From positions 192,001-256,000 of the forward strand of contig CAVXJS010000015.1 of assembly GCA_963762145.1 (NCBI GenBank): a DNA stretch of 64,000 bases, written 5' to 3'. Within the stretch, counting starts at the first letter, position 1. Every line of letters begins with the position of its first letter. Position numbers and translations under genes: made by a program. Under the pieces are notes generated by a model. That model saw only the letters and a program-made list of their open reading frames with translations. It did not search any database and was not told the origin of the DNA. This DNA comes from an uncultured Candidatus Rokubacteria bacterium (lineage in GTDB: Bacteria > Methylomirabilota > Methylomirabilia > Rokubacteriales > CSP1-6). This document shows positions 1 through 9,661 of this stretch, one piece after another.

Positions 1-954
1 CCCCACCACCGCCTGGGCCGCCTCGGGGTGCCCGAGGTGGTCGAGCAGCATCGCCCCCGTCCAGATCTGAGCGATCGGATTGGCGATGCCCTTGCCCGCG
101 ATATCCGGCGCCGAGCCGTGGACCGGCTCGAACATGGACGGATACTCCTTCTCGGGGTTGATGTTGCCGCCCGGGGCGATCCCGATCGAGCCCGCGATGG
201 CTGGGCCCAGGTCGGAGAGGATGTCGCCGAACAGGTTCGAGGCCACCACCACGTCGAACCAGTCCGGGTGCTGGACGAAGTGGGCGGTGAGGATGTCGAT
301 GTGGTACTGGCTCGTCTTCACGTCGGGGTAGCTCTTGGCCATCGCGGCGAATCGCTCGTCCCAGTACGGCATGCTGTGGATGATGCCGTTCGACTTGGTG
401 GCCGAGGTGACGTGACGCCGCGGCCGCTTCTTGGCCAGCTCGAAGGCGTAGCGCATCACCCGGTCGCAGCCGCGCCGGGTGAACACCGACTGCTGCACCG
501 CCAGCTCGTGGGGCGTGTCCCGATAGAGGCGCCCGCCGATCTCCGAATACTCCCCTTCGTTGTTCTCGCGCACGATCAGCATGTCGATGTCCGCGGGGCC
601 ACGATTGGCGAGAGGCGAGCGCACGCCCTGGAGCAGCCGCACCGGCCGCAGGTTCACGTACTGGTGGAATTCCCGGCGGATCGGGATGAGGAGCCCCCAG
701 AGCGAGACGTGGTCCGGCACGCCGGGAAACCCCACCGCCCCCAGGTAGATGGCGTCGAAGCGGCGGAGCTGCTCGAGCCCGTCCTCGGGCATCATGCGAC
801 CGGTGCGCGCGTAGGCCTCGCAGCTCCAGTCGAAGTGGGTCCACGAGAAATCCACCCCGAAGCGGCGACCGGCCGCCTCCAGCACCCGGATCCCCTCGGG
901 CAGGACTTCCTTGCCGATACCGTCGCCGGGAATGACCGCGATCCGATGCGTCAT
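1..954 (-). CDS. Tartrate dehydrogenase/decarboxylase (isocitrate/isopropylmalate dehydrogenase family); 3' end runs off the window
   Basis: Read manually on the minus strand (absent from the ORF track because it has no stop in the window): starts MTHRIAVIPGDGIGKEV and contains EPVHGSAPDIAGKGIANPIAQIW. Confidence 0.9.
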   Translation of the reverse strand, partial: MTHRIAVIPGDGIGKEVLPEGIRVLEAAGRRFGVDFSWTHFDWSCEAYARTGRMMPEDGLEQLRRFDAIYLGAVGFPGVPDHVSLWGLLIPIRREFHQYVNLRPVRLLQGVRSPLANRGPADIDMLIVRENNEGEYSEIGGRLYRDTPHELAVQQSVFTRRGCDRVMRYAFELAKKRPRRHVTSATKSNGIIHSMPYWDERFAAMAKSYPDVKTSQYHIDILTAHFVQHPDWFDVVVASNLFGDILSDLGPAIAGSIGIAPGGNINPEKEYPSMFEPVHGSAPDIAGKGIANPIAQIWTGAMLLDHLGHPEAAQAVVG

Positions 955-965
955 CGAACGCCTCC

Positions 966-2480
966 TCAACGCTGAGAGATGATCACCTGGGGGCCGGCCG
1001 GACCCGGCACGCGCAGCTCGCTGCGCGGGAATCCGGCGCGGCGGAACATGGCCTCGAGCTCGGCGAAGGTGTAGGCGTCACCGGCCGGGGTCGTGCAGAG
1101 CATCACGAGACTGAACATCGCGGCGTGCGGGGGCGTCACGCGCCCCTCGTCGGGCACGAACTCCACCGTCACCACCCGCCCGCCCGGGGCGAGGGCCCGC
1201 GCCACCTTGACGAGGAATCCCTCGCAGGTGGCCGGATCGAAGTGGTGGAGGAAGTTGGGTAGCAGCACGAGCTCGTACGGACCTCCGAGAGGCGTCTCGA
1301 AGGCGCTGCCGGCCAGCGCGTGGAAGCGCCCCTCCACGCCCGCCGCGCGCGCGTTCTCTCGCGCCACCGCCAGCACCGCGGGCCAGTCGAGCGCGGTGAC
1401 CTCCGCGGCTGGATAGGCCGCCGCGAACGCGAGGCCGAACAGGCCGTGGCCGGCGGCCACGTCGAGCACGCGGAGCGGGGCCGCCGCGTCCACCTCCACC
1501 GTGTCGACCACCGCGCGGGCCGGCGTCCGCATGAGCGGCGCCATGGCCCGCGCGAAGCGCACCCAGACCGAGTGCTCCGGCGTCACGGTGCCCGCACCGG
1601 CCAGCCGGGTGCCCCCGTGGCGCACCGCCTCCGCCACGTCGGCGAAGGCCTCGCGGAGCTCGGGCGCGTAGACGAAGTCCGCCGCGGCGGCAACGCACGC
1701 CGGCGATTGCCGATCGAGGAAGAGCGCGGAGTCGGCGGTCAGGGAGTAGGTGTCGCCGTCCTTCCGGAGAAGGCCGGCGGCGGTGAGGTAGTCGCAGAGG
1801 ATGCGCGTTCCGCGCGGCGAAGCCGCACAGCGCTCGGCCAGCGCGTGCACCGTGGCCGCGCCCGCCCCGATGGTGGTGAAGAGGTCCAGGTCGAGCGCCC
1901 CCTTGACGGCGGCGCTGCGCTGGTACGCGGTCATCGCCCCGAGGAACGCATCGGGCGACGGCGCCGCCGCCGCGGCCGGACCCCCCTCGAGCAGCGCGAC
2001 GACCTCCGGCGGGCGCAGGTGCAGGCGGAGCGCGCCGCGGCCGGGGGCCACCGGGCCGGAGCACTCGATGACCGCGACCCCGCTCTTGGCCATCTCGACG
2101 CGCGCCGAGCCGTCCCGGCTGATCAGGAGCCCGGCCAGGCGGGAGAGGGTCGGCTCGTGACCCACGCAGAGCAGCGCGGCGGTCTCGATCTTGGCCAGGC
2201 CCGCGAGCGTCGAGCCCGGATCGGCCTCATCTGCGAGCAGCTCGGTCAGCTCGGGAGGGGCCGCGCCGTAGATGCGGGCGGTGATCTCCGCGGTCTCGCG
2301 CGCCCGCACGAGCGGGCTCGAGAGCATCCGATCGAAGCGCAGGTCCATGCGCCGGAGCGCTTCGGCCACCCGCGCGTGCTCACGCCGCCCCGCGTCGGTG
2401 AGCGGGCGCCGGCGGTCGTCGGGCCAGCGGCGCGAATCCGCCGCGCCCGCCTCGCCGTGGCGCATCAGGATCAGGAGCAC
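966..2480 (-). CDS. SixA-like histidine phosphatase fused to an O-methyltransferase (dimerisation domain + SAM domain)
   Basis: N-terminal MRHGEA, RPLT..GR, SSPLVRARETA, VGHEP; C-terminal VLDVAAGHG, LLPNFLHHF, PGGRVVTVEF; single ORF with an Ala/Pro linker. Confidence 0.85.
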   Translation of the reverse strand: MLLILMRHGEAGAADSRRWPDDRRRPLTDAGRREHARVAEALRRMDLRFDRMLSSPLVRARETAEITARIYGAAPPELTELLADEADPGSTLAGLAKIETAALLCVGHEPTLSRLAGLLISRDGSARVEMAKSGVAVIECSGPVAPGRGALRLHLRPPEVVALLEGGPAAAAAPSPDAFLGAMTAYQRSAAVKGALDLDLFTTIGAGAATVHALAERCAASPRGTRILCDYLTAAGLLRKDGDTYSLTADSALFLDRQSPACVAAAADFVYAPELREAFADVAEAVRHGGTRLAGAGTVTPEHSVWVRFARAMAPLMRTPARAVVDTVEVDAAAPLRVLDVAAGHGLFGLAFAAAYPAAEVTALDWPAVLAVARENARAAGVEGRFHALAGSAFETPLGGPYELVLLPNFLHHFDPATCEGFLVKVARALAPGGRVVTVEFVPDEGRVTPPHAAMFSLVMLCTTPAGDAYTFAELEAMFRRAGFPRSELRVPGPAGPQVIISQR

Positions 2481-2572
2481 GGCGACTACTATCGCACGAG
2501 TTCCGGGCCATTGGATGCGCGCCCGGCCAGCCCAGTGGTGAACGGGGCCGGATGGGGATAGAGTGACACTTC

Positions 2573-3007
2573 ATGAAGCTCGCTCCCGAGATCTCGCTGC
2601 TCGGCGGGCTGGTCGTCCTGCTCATCGTGACCATCCTCTTCATGGTGCTGTGGGGTCGCCGGCGGAGCCGTGGTCCGGCCGAGGAGGCGGCTCCACCCGT
2701 CGCCGCGCGCGGTCCTGAGGACGTCGCGCCGTGGGTTATCGAGGGCCAGCTGCTCTTCAACCTGTGGCAGGAAAGGATCGAACGTTTGGAAGAGCTGAAG
2801 GGGCGCCTGTCCGGAATGGCGCAGGAAATCGAGCAGCTGCGGGCCGAGATCGGTCACATCGATGAAATGCGCGCCCAGATCACCCGGCTCGTCGAGGAGG
2901 GCGAGCGCTACCGGGCGGAGCGGGACCAACTTCGCGAGATCCTGGCCCGTATCGCCGCCATCGCCCAAGAGGCGGCGGCTCAGCCCGGGGATCCGGGGAA
3001 CGTGTGA
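2573..3007 (+). CDS. Hypothetical membrane-anchored coiled-coil protein
   Basis: N-terminal TM helix followed by an Arg cluster, then a heptad-rich Glu/Arg region; stop overlaps the next start (GTGA). Confidence 0.7.
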   Translation: MKLAPEISLLGGLVVLLIVTILFMVLWGRRRSRGPAEEAAPPVAARGPEDVAPWVIEGQLLFNLWQERIERLEELKGRLSGMAQEIEQLRAEIGHIDEMRAQITRLVEEGERYRAERDQLREILARIAAIAQEAAAQPGDPGNV

Positions 3008-3381
3008 GGGCCAAATGGATGCTCGTGGTGTTCGGCCCGGTCCTGCTCACCGCGATCGGGAGCGTCCTCGTGATGCTGCTGGTCCCCCATCCGGTACCCA
3101 AGACGGCCAGCGGCGGCCAGCGGCTCTACCTGACCCACTGCGCCACCTGTCACGGGGCCGATGGGCGGGGGTCCTGGCGGGCCACGGTCTTCCTGATGCG
3201 CCCGGGTGACCTGTCGGATCCGCGACTGATAGACCGGCTCCCGGACGACTACCTCTTCACGTTGATCAAGAACGGGGGAGCGACGCTCGGCAAGCCCGGC
3301 ATGCCGTCCTTCGGCTACCACCTGAAGGACGACCAGATCCCCGAGTTGATCCGCTATCTGAGAACCCTACCGAAACGTTAG
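3004..3381 (+). CDS. Class I mono-haem cytochrome c, membrane-anchored
   Basis: CATCH haem motif, GMPSF distal Met motif, N-terminal hydrophobic helix. Confidence 0.9.
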   Translation: MRAKWMLVVFGPVLLTAIGSVLVMLLVPHPVPKTASGGQRLYLTHCATCHGADGRGSWRATVFLMRPGDLSDPRLIDRLPDDYLFTLIKNGGATLGKPGMPSFGYHLKDDQIPELIRYLRTLPKR

Positions 3382-3487
3382 ACCGGGGAGCAGTGGCAGG
3401 GCGAGGCGCAACCGCCGAAGGCGAGCCGAGCGAATACAAAATGAAGCAAGGCAGGTAAGCCCGAACGGGTCGCCCGACCCGAGAGCT

Positions 3488-5575
3488 CTAGGCGCGCGGC
3501 CGGATATCCGACATCGTCGCGCCCAGCACCGCCTTGTCGAAGGGCTTGTTGATCACGAAGTTCACGCGACTGCGCTCCTCGCGCGTGATCTCGGTCTCGC
3601 CCCACCCGGTGATGAGACCCACCGGCAGGCCCGGCCAGCGCTCCTGGATGGAGGCGGCCACGTCCCAGCCGTTCATGTCGGGCATGCCCAGGTCGCTGAT
3701 CACCACGTCCACCAGCTCGCGATTCGACTCGAGGAAGGACAGGCCCTCGCGGCCGCCGGGGGCCTGGGTGACCGAGTGCCCCTGCTCCTCGAGCATCTCG
3801 GCCAGCGTGCTCCGCACCTGCAGCTCGTCGTCGATCACCAGGATGCGGAGCGGCAGCGCCGGCGACTTCTGCTCGAGCCCGCCGCTCGTCTTGGCGACCG
3901 CGGTGGCCTTGGAGGCGGTCGGCAGGCTGACCTCGACGGAGGTGCCCTGCCCCTCCGTGCTCTCGAGCGTCAGGGTCCCGCCGTACCGCTGCACGGTGCC
4001 GTAGGCCACGCTGAGCCCCAGCCCGGTGGCCTTGGGTCCCTTGGTGGTGAAGAAGGGCTCGAGCGCCCGTCGCCGCACTTCCTCGGGCATGCCCGCGCCG
4101 GTGTCGGTGACCGAGCAGTACACGCGATCGTCCTTGGCCCAGGTCTTCAGCGTGACGCGGCCGCCGCCCTGGGTGATGGCGTCGGCGGCGTTGAGCACCA
4201 GGTTCATCAGCACCTCGCGCAGCGGCGCCGGCTCGCCGGAGGCCGCCGCGATGACGCCCGCCTCCACCACCACCTCGATGCGGCTGCCGCGCAGCTGCGC
4301 CTCGTCGTGCCAGCGCGGCCGCGTGAGCTCGACCACCTCTTGCACGAGCTGGTTGAGATCCACCGCCACGTCGGAGACCGGCTGCACGCGACTGAACCGC
4401 TGCACGCGCCGCACCACCTCCGCGCCGTCCTGGGCGGTGCGCTGGATGATCTCGAGCGAGCGCCGCATGCCGGCCTCCTGGACCTTGCCCATCATGAGCT
4501 CGACCCGCCCCAGGATCACCGCGAAGAGGTTGTTGAGATGATGGGCCATCCCGGACGAGAGCTGACCCATCGCGCGCAGCGTCTCGCCGCGCACGAGCTG
4601 GCCCTGGGTGGACTTGAGGTCGTCCACCACGTTCTGGAGCTGCGAGGCGGAGGACTGCGCTTCCTCGAGGAGGCGCGAGTTGTCCACCGCGTAGCCGATG
4701 TAGGTCATCAGCGCGTTCAGGAACTGAAGGTCGGTGGAGCTGAACGGAGGCGGGCGCAGCGCGTCCGAGACCACGCCGTCGCGGCGCTTGGCCATGTTGA
4801 TCACGCCGATCACGCGGTCGCCGACCCGGATCGGCATGCAGATGAACGAGCCGTTGCCGTACTGGGGATCGTTGGCCTTGTTGAAGCGCGGATCGGAGGC
4901 GATGTCGTCCACCAGCACCGGCTCGCCCATCTCCACCACCTTGCCCGCCACTCCCTCGCCCACCTTCACCTCGACCGCGGGCACCACCGCGTCGGGGATG
5001 CCGCGGGAGGCCGCGAGCTTCAGCACCGTCCGGTCGCGGTCGAGGATCATGATGGAGCCGACGGTCGCGCGCACCGCGCGCATGGTGGACTGCAGCACCA
5101 GGCCCAGCAGGTCCTGGATCTTCGGGATGCGGGCGGCCAGCTCGACCATCTCGTTGAGGGTGCCGAGCTTGAAGACCAGATCCTCGAGCCGCTGGGTGGA
5201 GCCGCGCAGGTCGTCGAGCATGTGGTAGAAGGCGTCCCGCACCTGGCCGATCTCGGTGACCTCGCCGAGGCCGGGCACCGCGCCGGTGCCGCGATCGCGC
5301 CGGCGGAGCGCGTCCGCCTTCACCTCGCTCGGCGACAGGAAGCCCTGCGCGAGCTGGGCGATCTGGTCGACCATCTTCCGGAAGACCAGGAAGCCGAGGA
5401 TGGACACCACGACGGCCGCGAACAGGCCGACCTGCGCCTCCGTGCTGTGGAGCATCTCGTGGCGCGAGAGCAGGTAGACGAACAGGAGGATGGGCAGGAG
5501 CGCGACGAGCGCGAACACGATCGAGGCCGCTTCGCGCAGGCTCATGGTCCGGGAGCGGCGCCGATTCTTCCCCAT
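3488..5575 (-). CDS. Hybrid sensor histidine kinase (2 TM - GAF - HisKA - HATPase - REC)
   Basis: GMAHHLNN H-box, NLVLNAADA N-box, DTGAGM, PFFTTK, TGLGL; REC with VIDDE, SDLGMPDMNG, KPF. Confidence 0.93.
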   Translation of the reverse strand: MGKNRRRSRTMSLREAASIVFALVALLPILLFVYLLSRHEMLHSTEAQVGLFAAVVVSILGFLVFRKMVDQIAQLAQGFLSPSEVKADALRRRDRGTGAVPGLGEVTEIGQVRDAFYHMLDDLRGSTQRLEDLVFKLGTLNEMVELAARIPKIQDLLGLVLQSTMRAVRATVGSIMILDRDRTVLKLAASRGIPDAVVPAVEVKVGEGVAGKVVEMGEPVLVDDIASDPRFNKANDPQYGNGSFICMPIRVGDRVIGVINMAKRRDGVVSDALRPPPFSSTDLQFLNALMTYIGYAVDNSRLLEEAQSSASQLQNVVDDLKSTQGQLVRGETLRAMGQLSSGMAHHLNNLFAVILGRVELMMGKVQEAGMRRSLEIIQRTAQDGAEVVRRVQRFSRVQPVSDVAVDLNQLVQEVVELTRPRWHDEAQLRGSRIEVVVEAGVIAAASGEPAPLREVLMNLVLNAADAITQGGGRVTLKTWAKDDRVYCSVTDTGAGMPEEVRRRALEPFFTTKGPKATGLGLSVAYGTVQRYGGTLTLESTEGQGTSVEVSLPTASKATAVAKTSGGLEQKSPALPLRILVIDDELQVRSTLAEMLEEQGHSVTQAPGGREGLSFLESNRELVDVVISDLGMPDMNGWDVAASIQERWPGLPVGLITGWGETEITREERSRVNFVINKPFDKAVLGATMSDIRPRA

Positions 5576-5607
5576 GGTGTCCTTGACCTTAGCTGAGGGT
5601 GCTGGAT

Positions 5608-5940
5608 TTACCGAATTTTCTGGATCTCGACCGCGATCAGTCGGCCCGGCTCCTGGCGGACGGTCACGCGAACCCGGTCGCCCCGGTGCAGGTCGGCCCC
5701 GTCCAGCAGCCCGCTGGATTCCGCGAAGATCGCCATGGACTCCATCTCATCCATGAATCCCGGCACCTTGTCGTGGCGGACCAGCAGCAGCGTTGGCCCG
5801 CCCCGCGCCTCGAAGATCCCGGTGACCCGGTAGAGCCCGGGTCCCGGAAAGGCGGCCCGGTAAGTTCCCCAGATGCCGGCCGCGAAGCCGGCGAGGAGCA
5901 GCAGGAACAGCGCGGGAACGGCCGCGCGCCGGAACGCGAT
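5608..5940 (-). CDS. CusF-like copper-binding periplasmic protein (start codon uncertain)
   Basis: C-terminal part of ORF 5608-6384: TM/signal then VRHDKVPGFMDEMESM and L..GDRVRVTV, resembling the CusF His/Met OB fold. Confidence 0.65.
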   Translation of the reverse strand: MAFRRAAVPALFLLLLAGFAAGIWGTYRAAFPGPGLYRVTGIFEARGGPTLLLVRHDKVPGFMDEMESMAIFAESSGLLDGADLHRGDRVRVTVRQEPGRLIAVEIQKIR

Positions 5941-5945
5941 TGCGC

Positions 5946-6305
5946 CTACTCGACGTCTTCCGGGGGGGGAATCTTGCCCGCCACGTGCTCGGGGGTCAGG
6001 ATCCAGGTGCCGGCGCAACCTTCCTTGAACGTGTCGACCGCGGCGCGGTAGGCGCTGCCAAAAGTGATGATCATCAACGCGGTGCTGGCCACGGTGCCGA
6101 GACCGCAGACGATGGCCTTGCCGGGCACGTAGACCACGTTCAGGAACCCGGCGCCGACGCGGTCCCCGTCGGTGACCTCGACGTCCGCCGCGCCCGTCGA
6201 GAGCTCGGCCGCCTGGACCACGGCCGCCCGCGACAGCAGCGGGCCGGTCAGCGCCATGAGCGCGACGAGCAGCCCACACAGCCATTTCGTGGCATCCCGC
6301 ATCAT
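5946..6305 (-). CDS. Hypothetical exported/membrane protein
   Basis: AGGAG RBS before MMRDATKW, signal-like N-terminus, YVPGKAIVC and EGCAGTW Cys pair. Confidence 0.65.
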   Translation of the reverse strand: MMRDATKWLCGLLVALMALTGPLLSRAAVVQAAELSTGAADVEVTDGDRVGAGFLNVVYVPGKAIVCGLGTVASTALMIITFGSAYRAAVDTFKEGCAGTWILTPEHVAGKIPPPEDVE

Positions 6306-6573
6306 GTGTCTCCTTCTCCGGGTGGTGAATCTCCGTATGCATCTCATAAGGTACAACGAATTGATTATCTGCACCTAGATGCACAGGCGGCCGGCTGACC
6401 CGCCCGCCCTGCTCCTTCCCGGCGCCGGCCGGCCGGCACCGCCGGCTCGAACTCCTTCCAGATCAATAGCTTGCCCTGCATGGGCGTCCCCTCGACATCG
6501 CTCCGCGAGGGTCGTAGACTCTCGGGTGCCGGCCGTCGGCGCGCGTCACAACCCTACGCAAGGAGACACACCC

Positions 6574-7506
6574 ATGAAGATCGTCCGCTTCTCCCAGAAC
6601 GGTCACGCCCCCCGGCTCGGCTGCTTCCTCGGTAGCGACCGCATCGCCGATCTCGAGGCGAGCGCGGCCGCGTTCCTCGCGGCCCGCGGCGTGGTGCGCG
6701 CGCCGATCATCGCGGCGGCGCTCTTTCCGCACGACAGCACCCGCGGCTTCCTGGAGGGCGGCAGCGCGAGCCAGGACATGCTGACCGCCATGATGGACGC
6801 GGCGCGCGGCGGCAAGTTCCAGCCGGTGGCCCACGCCCTGTCCTCGGTGCGCCTGCACGCGCCGATCGCGGACCCGGGGAAGTTCATCTGCATCGGCCTC
6901 AACTACAAGGACCACGCGGCGGAGACAAACAACCCGGCGCCCAAGCAGCCGCCGGTATTCCCCAAGTGGGCCAACGGCATCCAGGATCCGGGCGAGCCGG
7001 TCCTGCGGCCGCGCGGGGAGAAGACGCTGGACTGGGAGGTCGAGCTGGGCGTGGTGATCGGGCGCACCGCCCGCTTCGTAAAGAAGGAGCAGGCCCTCGA
7101 CTACGTGTACGGCTACACCATCATCAACGACGTGAGCGCCCGCGACTTCCAGTTTCACACCACCCAGTGGAGCGCGGGCAAGGTGGGAGATACCCTCGCG
7201 CCGGTCGGCCCGTACATCGCGGATCGCACCGAGATCCCGGATCCCCACGTGCTGGATCTCAAGGCCTGGGTCAACGGCCAGCTCATGCAGGACGGCTCCA
7301 CGCGCAACTTCATCTTCGACATCGGCTACATCGTGGAGTACCTCACCAACTTCATGACGCTCTCCCCGGGAGATCTCATCGCGACCGGCACTCCCGCCGG
7401 GGTCGGCTTCTCGCGCAAGCCGCAGGTGACGCTGCAGCCGGGCGACCGCATGAAGCTCGAGATCACCGGGCTCGGCTCGCTCGAGAACAGCGTGAAGGAC
7501 GCCTGA
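6574..7506 (+). CDS. Fumarylacetoacetate hydrolase family protein
   Basis: CIGLNYKDH, DWEVELGVVIG, NDVSARD, PGDLIATGTPAGVG; AGGAG RBS. Confidence 0.95.
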   Translation: MKIVRFSQNGHAPRLGCFLGSDRIADLEASAAAFLAARGVVRAPIIAAALFPHDSTRGFLEGGSASQDMLTAMMDAARGGKFQPVAHALSSVRLHAPIADPGKFICIGLNYKDHAAETNNPAPKQPPVFPKWANGIQDPGEPVLRPRGEKTLDWEVELGVVIGRTARFVKKEQALDYVYGYTIINDVSARDFQFHTTQWSAGKVGDTLAPVGPYIADRTEIPDPHVLDLKAWVNGQLMQDGSTRNFIFDIGYIVEYLTNFMTLSPGDLIATGTPAGVGFSRKPQVTLQPGDRMKLEITGLGSLENSVKDA

Positions 7507-7521
7507 GGGGCGCGCGCGGCG

Positions 7522-8436
7522 ATGGCGGTCCGCTCGTTCCTGCACTACGCGCTGGAGGTGCCCGACCAGGCGGTCGGGCAGCGGTTCTACGAAGATTTCG
7601 GCCTGGTGGACGGCACCGGCTCGAGCGACGCGGTCCGCCTGCGACCCGAGCGCGTCGGGCGCGACACGGTGCTGCTCTTTGCGGGCCCGCACAAGCGCCT
7701 CCACCATCTCTGCTACGGGGCCCCCGGGGAGGACTTCGCGCGGGTGCGAGGAGCGCTCCGGAGCGCGGAGATTCCCGAGATGGATGCTCCCGCCGGGGCC
7801 CCGGAGGGCGGCGTCTGGTTCCGCGATCCGGACGGCAACGCGGTGAACGTCCGGGACGAAGCCGCGCCCACGCCGCCGGCGGACCCGCCGATGACGCTCA
7901 ACGGCCCCGGCTATACCCAGCGCGAGGCCGCGCGGGGCTACCCGGAGCGCGGCCTGCGGATCGCCCCGCGCAAGCTCGGCCACGTCCTCCTCTTCACCCC
8001 CGACATGGAGCGCCTCATGCGCTTCTACACCGGGACGCTCGGCATGAAGCTTTCGGACCGCTCGCGGGGCATCATCGCGTTCCTGCGCTGCAACACCGAT
8101 CACCACACCCTGGCCCTGCTCTCCTCGCGCGCGCCGGGCTTCCACCACGCGTCGTTCCAGGTGGGCAGCGTTGACGAGATCGCGATGGGCGCGGTGCGCA
8201 TGGCGGAGCGGGGCTGGCAGCCCGGCTGGGGGCTCGGCCGCCACGTGATCGGCTCCAACTTCTTCTTCTACCTGCGGGATCCGTGGGGCAGCTTCAGCGA
8301 GTACTACTTCGACCTCGACTACATCCCGGAGGCGTGCGCGTGGGAGCCACGCGACTTCCCGCCCGAGGATTCCCTCTACGTGTGGGGTCCGTCGTGTCCG
8401 GCCGACTTCGGCGAGAACAAGGAAGCATGGACCTAG
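7522..8436 (+). CDS. Two-domain VOC family protein (extradiol dioxygenase-like)
   Basis: KLGHVLL, DHHTLAL, HHASF, GLGRHVIGSNFFFYLRDPWGSFSEY metal-ligand pattern. Confidence 0.85.
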   Translation: MAVRSFLHYALEVPDQAVGQRFYEDFGLVDGTGSSDAVRLRPERVGRDTVLLFAGPHKRLHHLCYGAPGEDFARVRGALRSAEIPEMDAPAGAPEGGVWFRDPDGNAVNVRDEAAPTPPADPPMTLNGPGYTQREAARGYPERGLRIAPRKLGHVLLFTPDMERLMRFYTGTLGMKLSDRSRGIIAFLRCNTDHHTLALLSSRAPGFHHASFQVGSVDEIAMGAVRMAERGWQPGWGLGRHVIGSNFFFYLRDPWGSFSEYYFDLDYIPEACAWEPRDFPPEDSLYVWGPSCPADFGENKEAWT

Positions 8437-9629
8437 AGTTCCTGCACGCGCTCGTTCAGCCCGCCACCACCAAGATCGTGCTCTGCTCGCTCGACGGCCT
8501 GGGCGGCCTGCCGCGTCCCGCGACGGGCAAGAGCGAGCTGGAGACCGCCCGGATCCCCAATCTGCACGCGCTCGCGGGTGGATCCGCGTGCGGCCTGCTG
8601 CGCCACGTGGGTCCCGGCATCACCCCGGGCAGCGGGCCCGGCCACCTCGGCCTCTTCGGCTACGATCCCCTGCGCTATCCGGTGGGGCGGGGCGTGCTCG
8701 AGGCGCTCGGCATCGACTTCGAGCTGCGCGCGGGTGACGTGGCCGCGCGGGGAAACTTCTGCACGGTGGACGCGCGCGGCAACATCACCGACCGCCGGGC
8801 CGGGCGCATCAGCACCGAGGTCTGCGTTCGCCTGGTCGAGCGACTGCGCGAGATCCGCCTCGACGGCGTCGAGGTCATCCTCGAGCCGGTGAAGGAGCAC
8901 CGCTTCGTCCTCGTCCTCCGCGGAGGCCATCTCTCCGGGCGGCTTTCCGAGACGGATCCCCAGCAGCTCGGTGTCCCGCCCCTGCCCGTCCGGGCCCTCG
9001 CCCCCGAGGCGGACAAGACCGCCGCGCTCGTGAACGCCTTCGTGGAGGCCGCGCGCCCGCGGCTGCGCGACGCGGCGCCCGCCAACATGCTCCTGCTGCG
9101 CGGCTTCGACCAGCAGCCGCGCCTGCCCCTCTTCCCGGAGACGTTCGGGCTGCGCGCCGCCGCCATCGCGGCGTACCCCATGTACCGCGGGCTCGCGCGC
9201 CTCGTCGGCATGGAGGTGCTCAAGACGGGCGGGACGTTCTCCGAGGAGATCGATACGCTCGAGCGCCAGTGGAAGCAGCACGACTTCTTCTTCCTGCACT
9301 ACAAGGACACCGACAAGGCGGGCGAGGACGGCGACTTCGACGCGAAGGTCGCCGCGCTGGAGCGCTTCGACGCGCTGCTGCCGCGGGTGGTCGCGCTCCG
9401 GCCCGACGTCCTCGCCATCTCGGGCGATCACGCGACCCCGTCGATCCTGAAGGGCCACGGCTGGCAGGGGGTGCCGGCGATCCTGGCGAGCCCCTACTGC
9501 GGGGGGGACCCGGTGAGCCGCTTCACCGAGCGGGATTGCGCGGGCGGGTCCCTCGGGGTGATCCCGGCCCAGGACCTGATGCCGCTCGTGATGGCCAACG
9601 CGCTCCGGTTCACCAAGTACGGGGCGTAG
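8427..9629 (+). CDS. apgM: 2,3-bisphosphoglycerate-independent phosphoglycerate mutase (ApgM type)
   Basis: LDGLGG, PGSGPGHLGLFGYDP, GRGVLEALG, DRRAGRI, HYKDTDKAGEDG, GDHATP. Confidence 0.92.
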   Translation: MDLEFLHALVQPATTKIVLCSLDGLGGLPRPATGKSELETARIPNLHALAGGSACGLLRHVGPGITPGSGPGHLGLFGYDPLRYPVGRGVLEALGIDFELRAGDVAARGNFCTVDARGNITDRRAGRISTEVCVRLVERLREIRLDGVEVILEPVKEHRFVLVLRGGHLSGRLSETDPQQLGVPPLPVRALAPEADKTAALVNAFVEAARPRLRDAAPANMLLLRGFDQQPRLPLFPETFGLRAAAIAAYPMYRGLARLVGMEVLKTGGTFSEEIDTLERQWKQHDFFFLHYKDTDKAGEDGDFDAKVAALERFDALLPRVVALRPDVLAISGDHATPSILKGHGWQGVPAILASPYCGGDPVSRFTERDCAGGSLGVIPAQDLMPLVMANALRFTKYGA

Positions 9630-9661
9630 CGGGAGACTCGCGGTATCCTGGCCGAAAGACC

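Noticed and set aside
28-975. 315-aa plus-strand ORF
   Set aside because: Antisense shadow of the minus-strand tartrate dehydrogenase; no motifs
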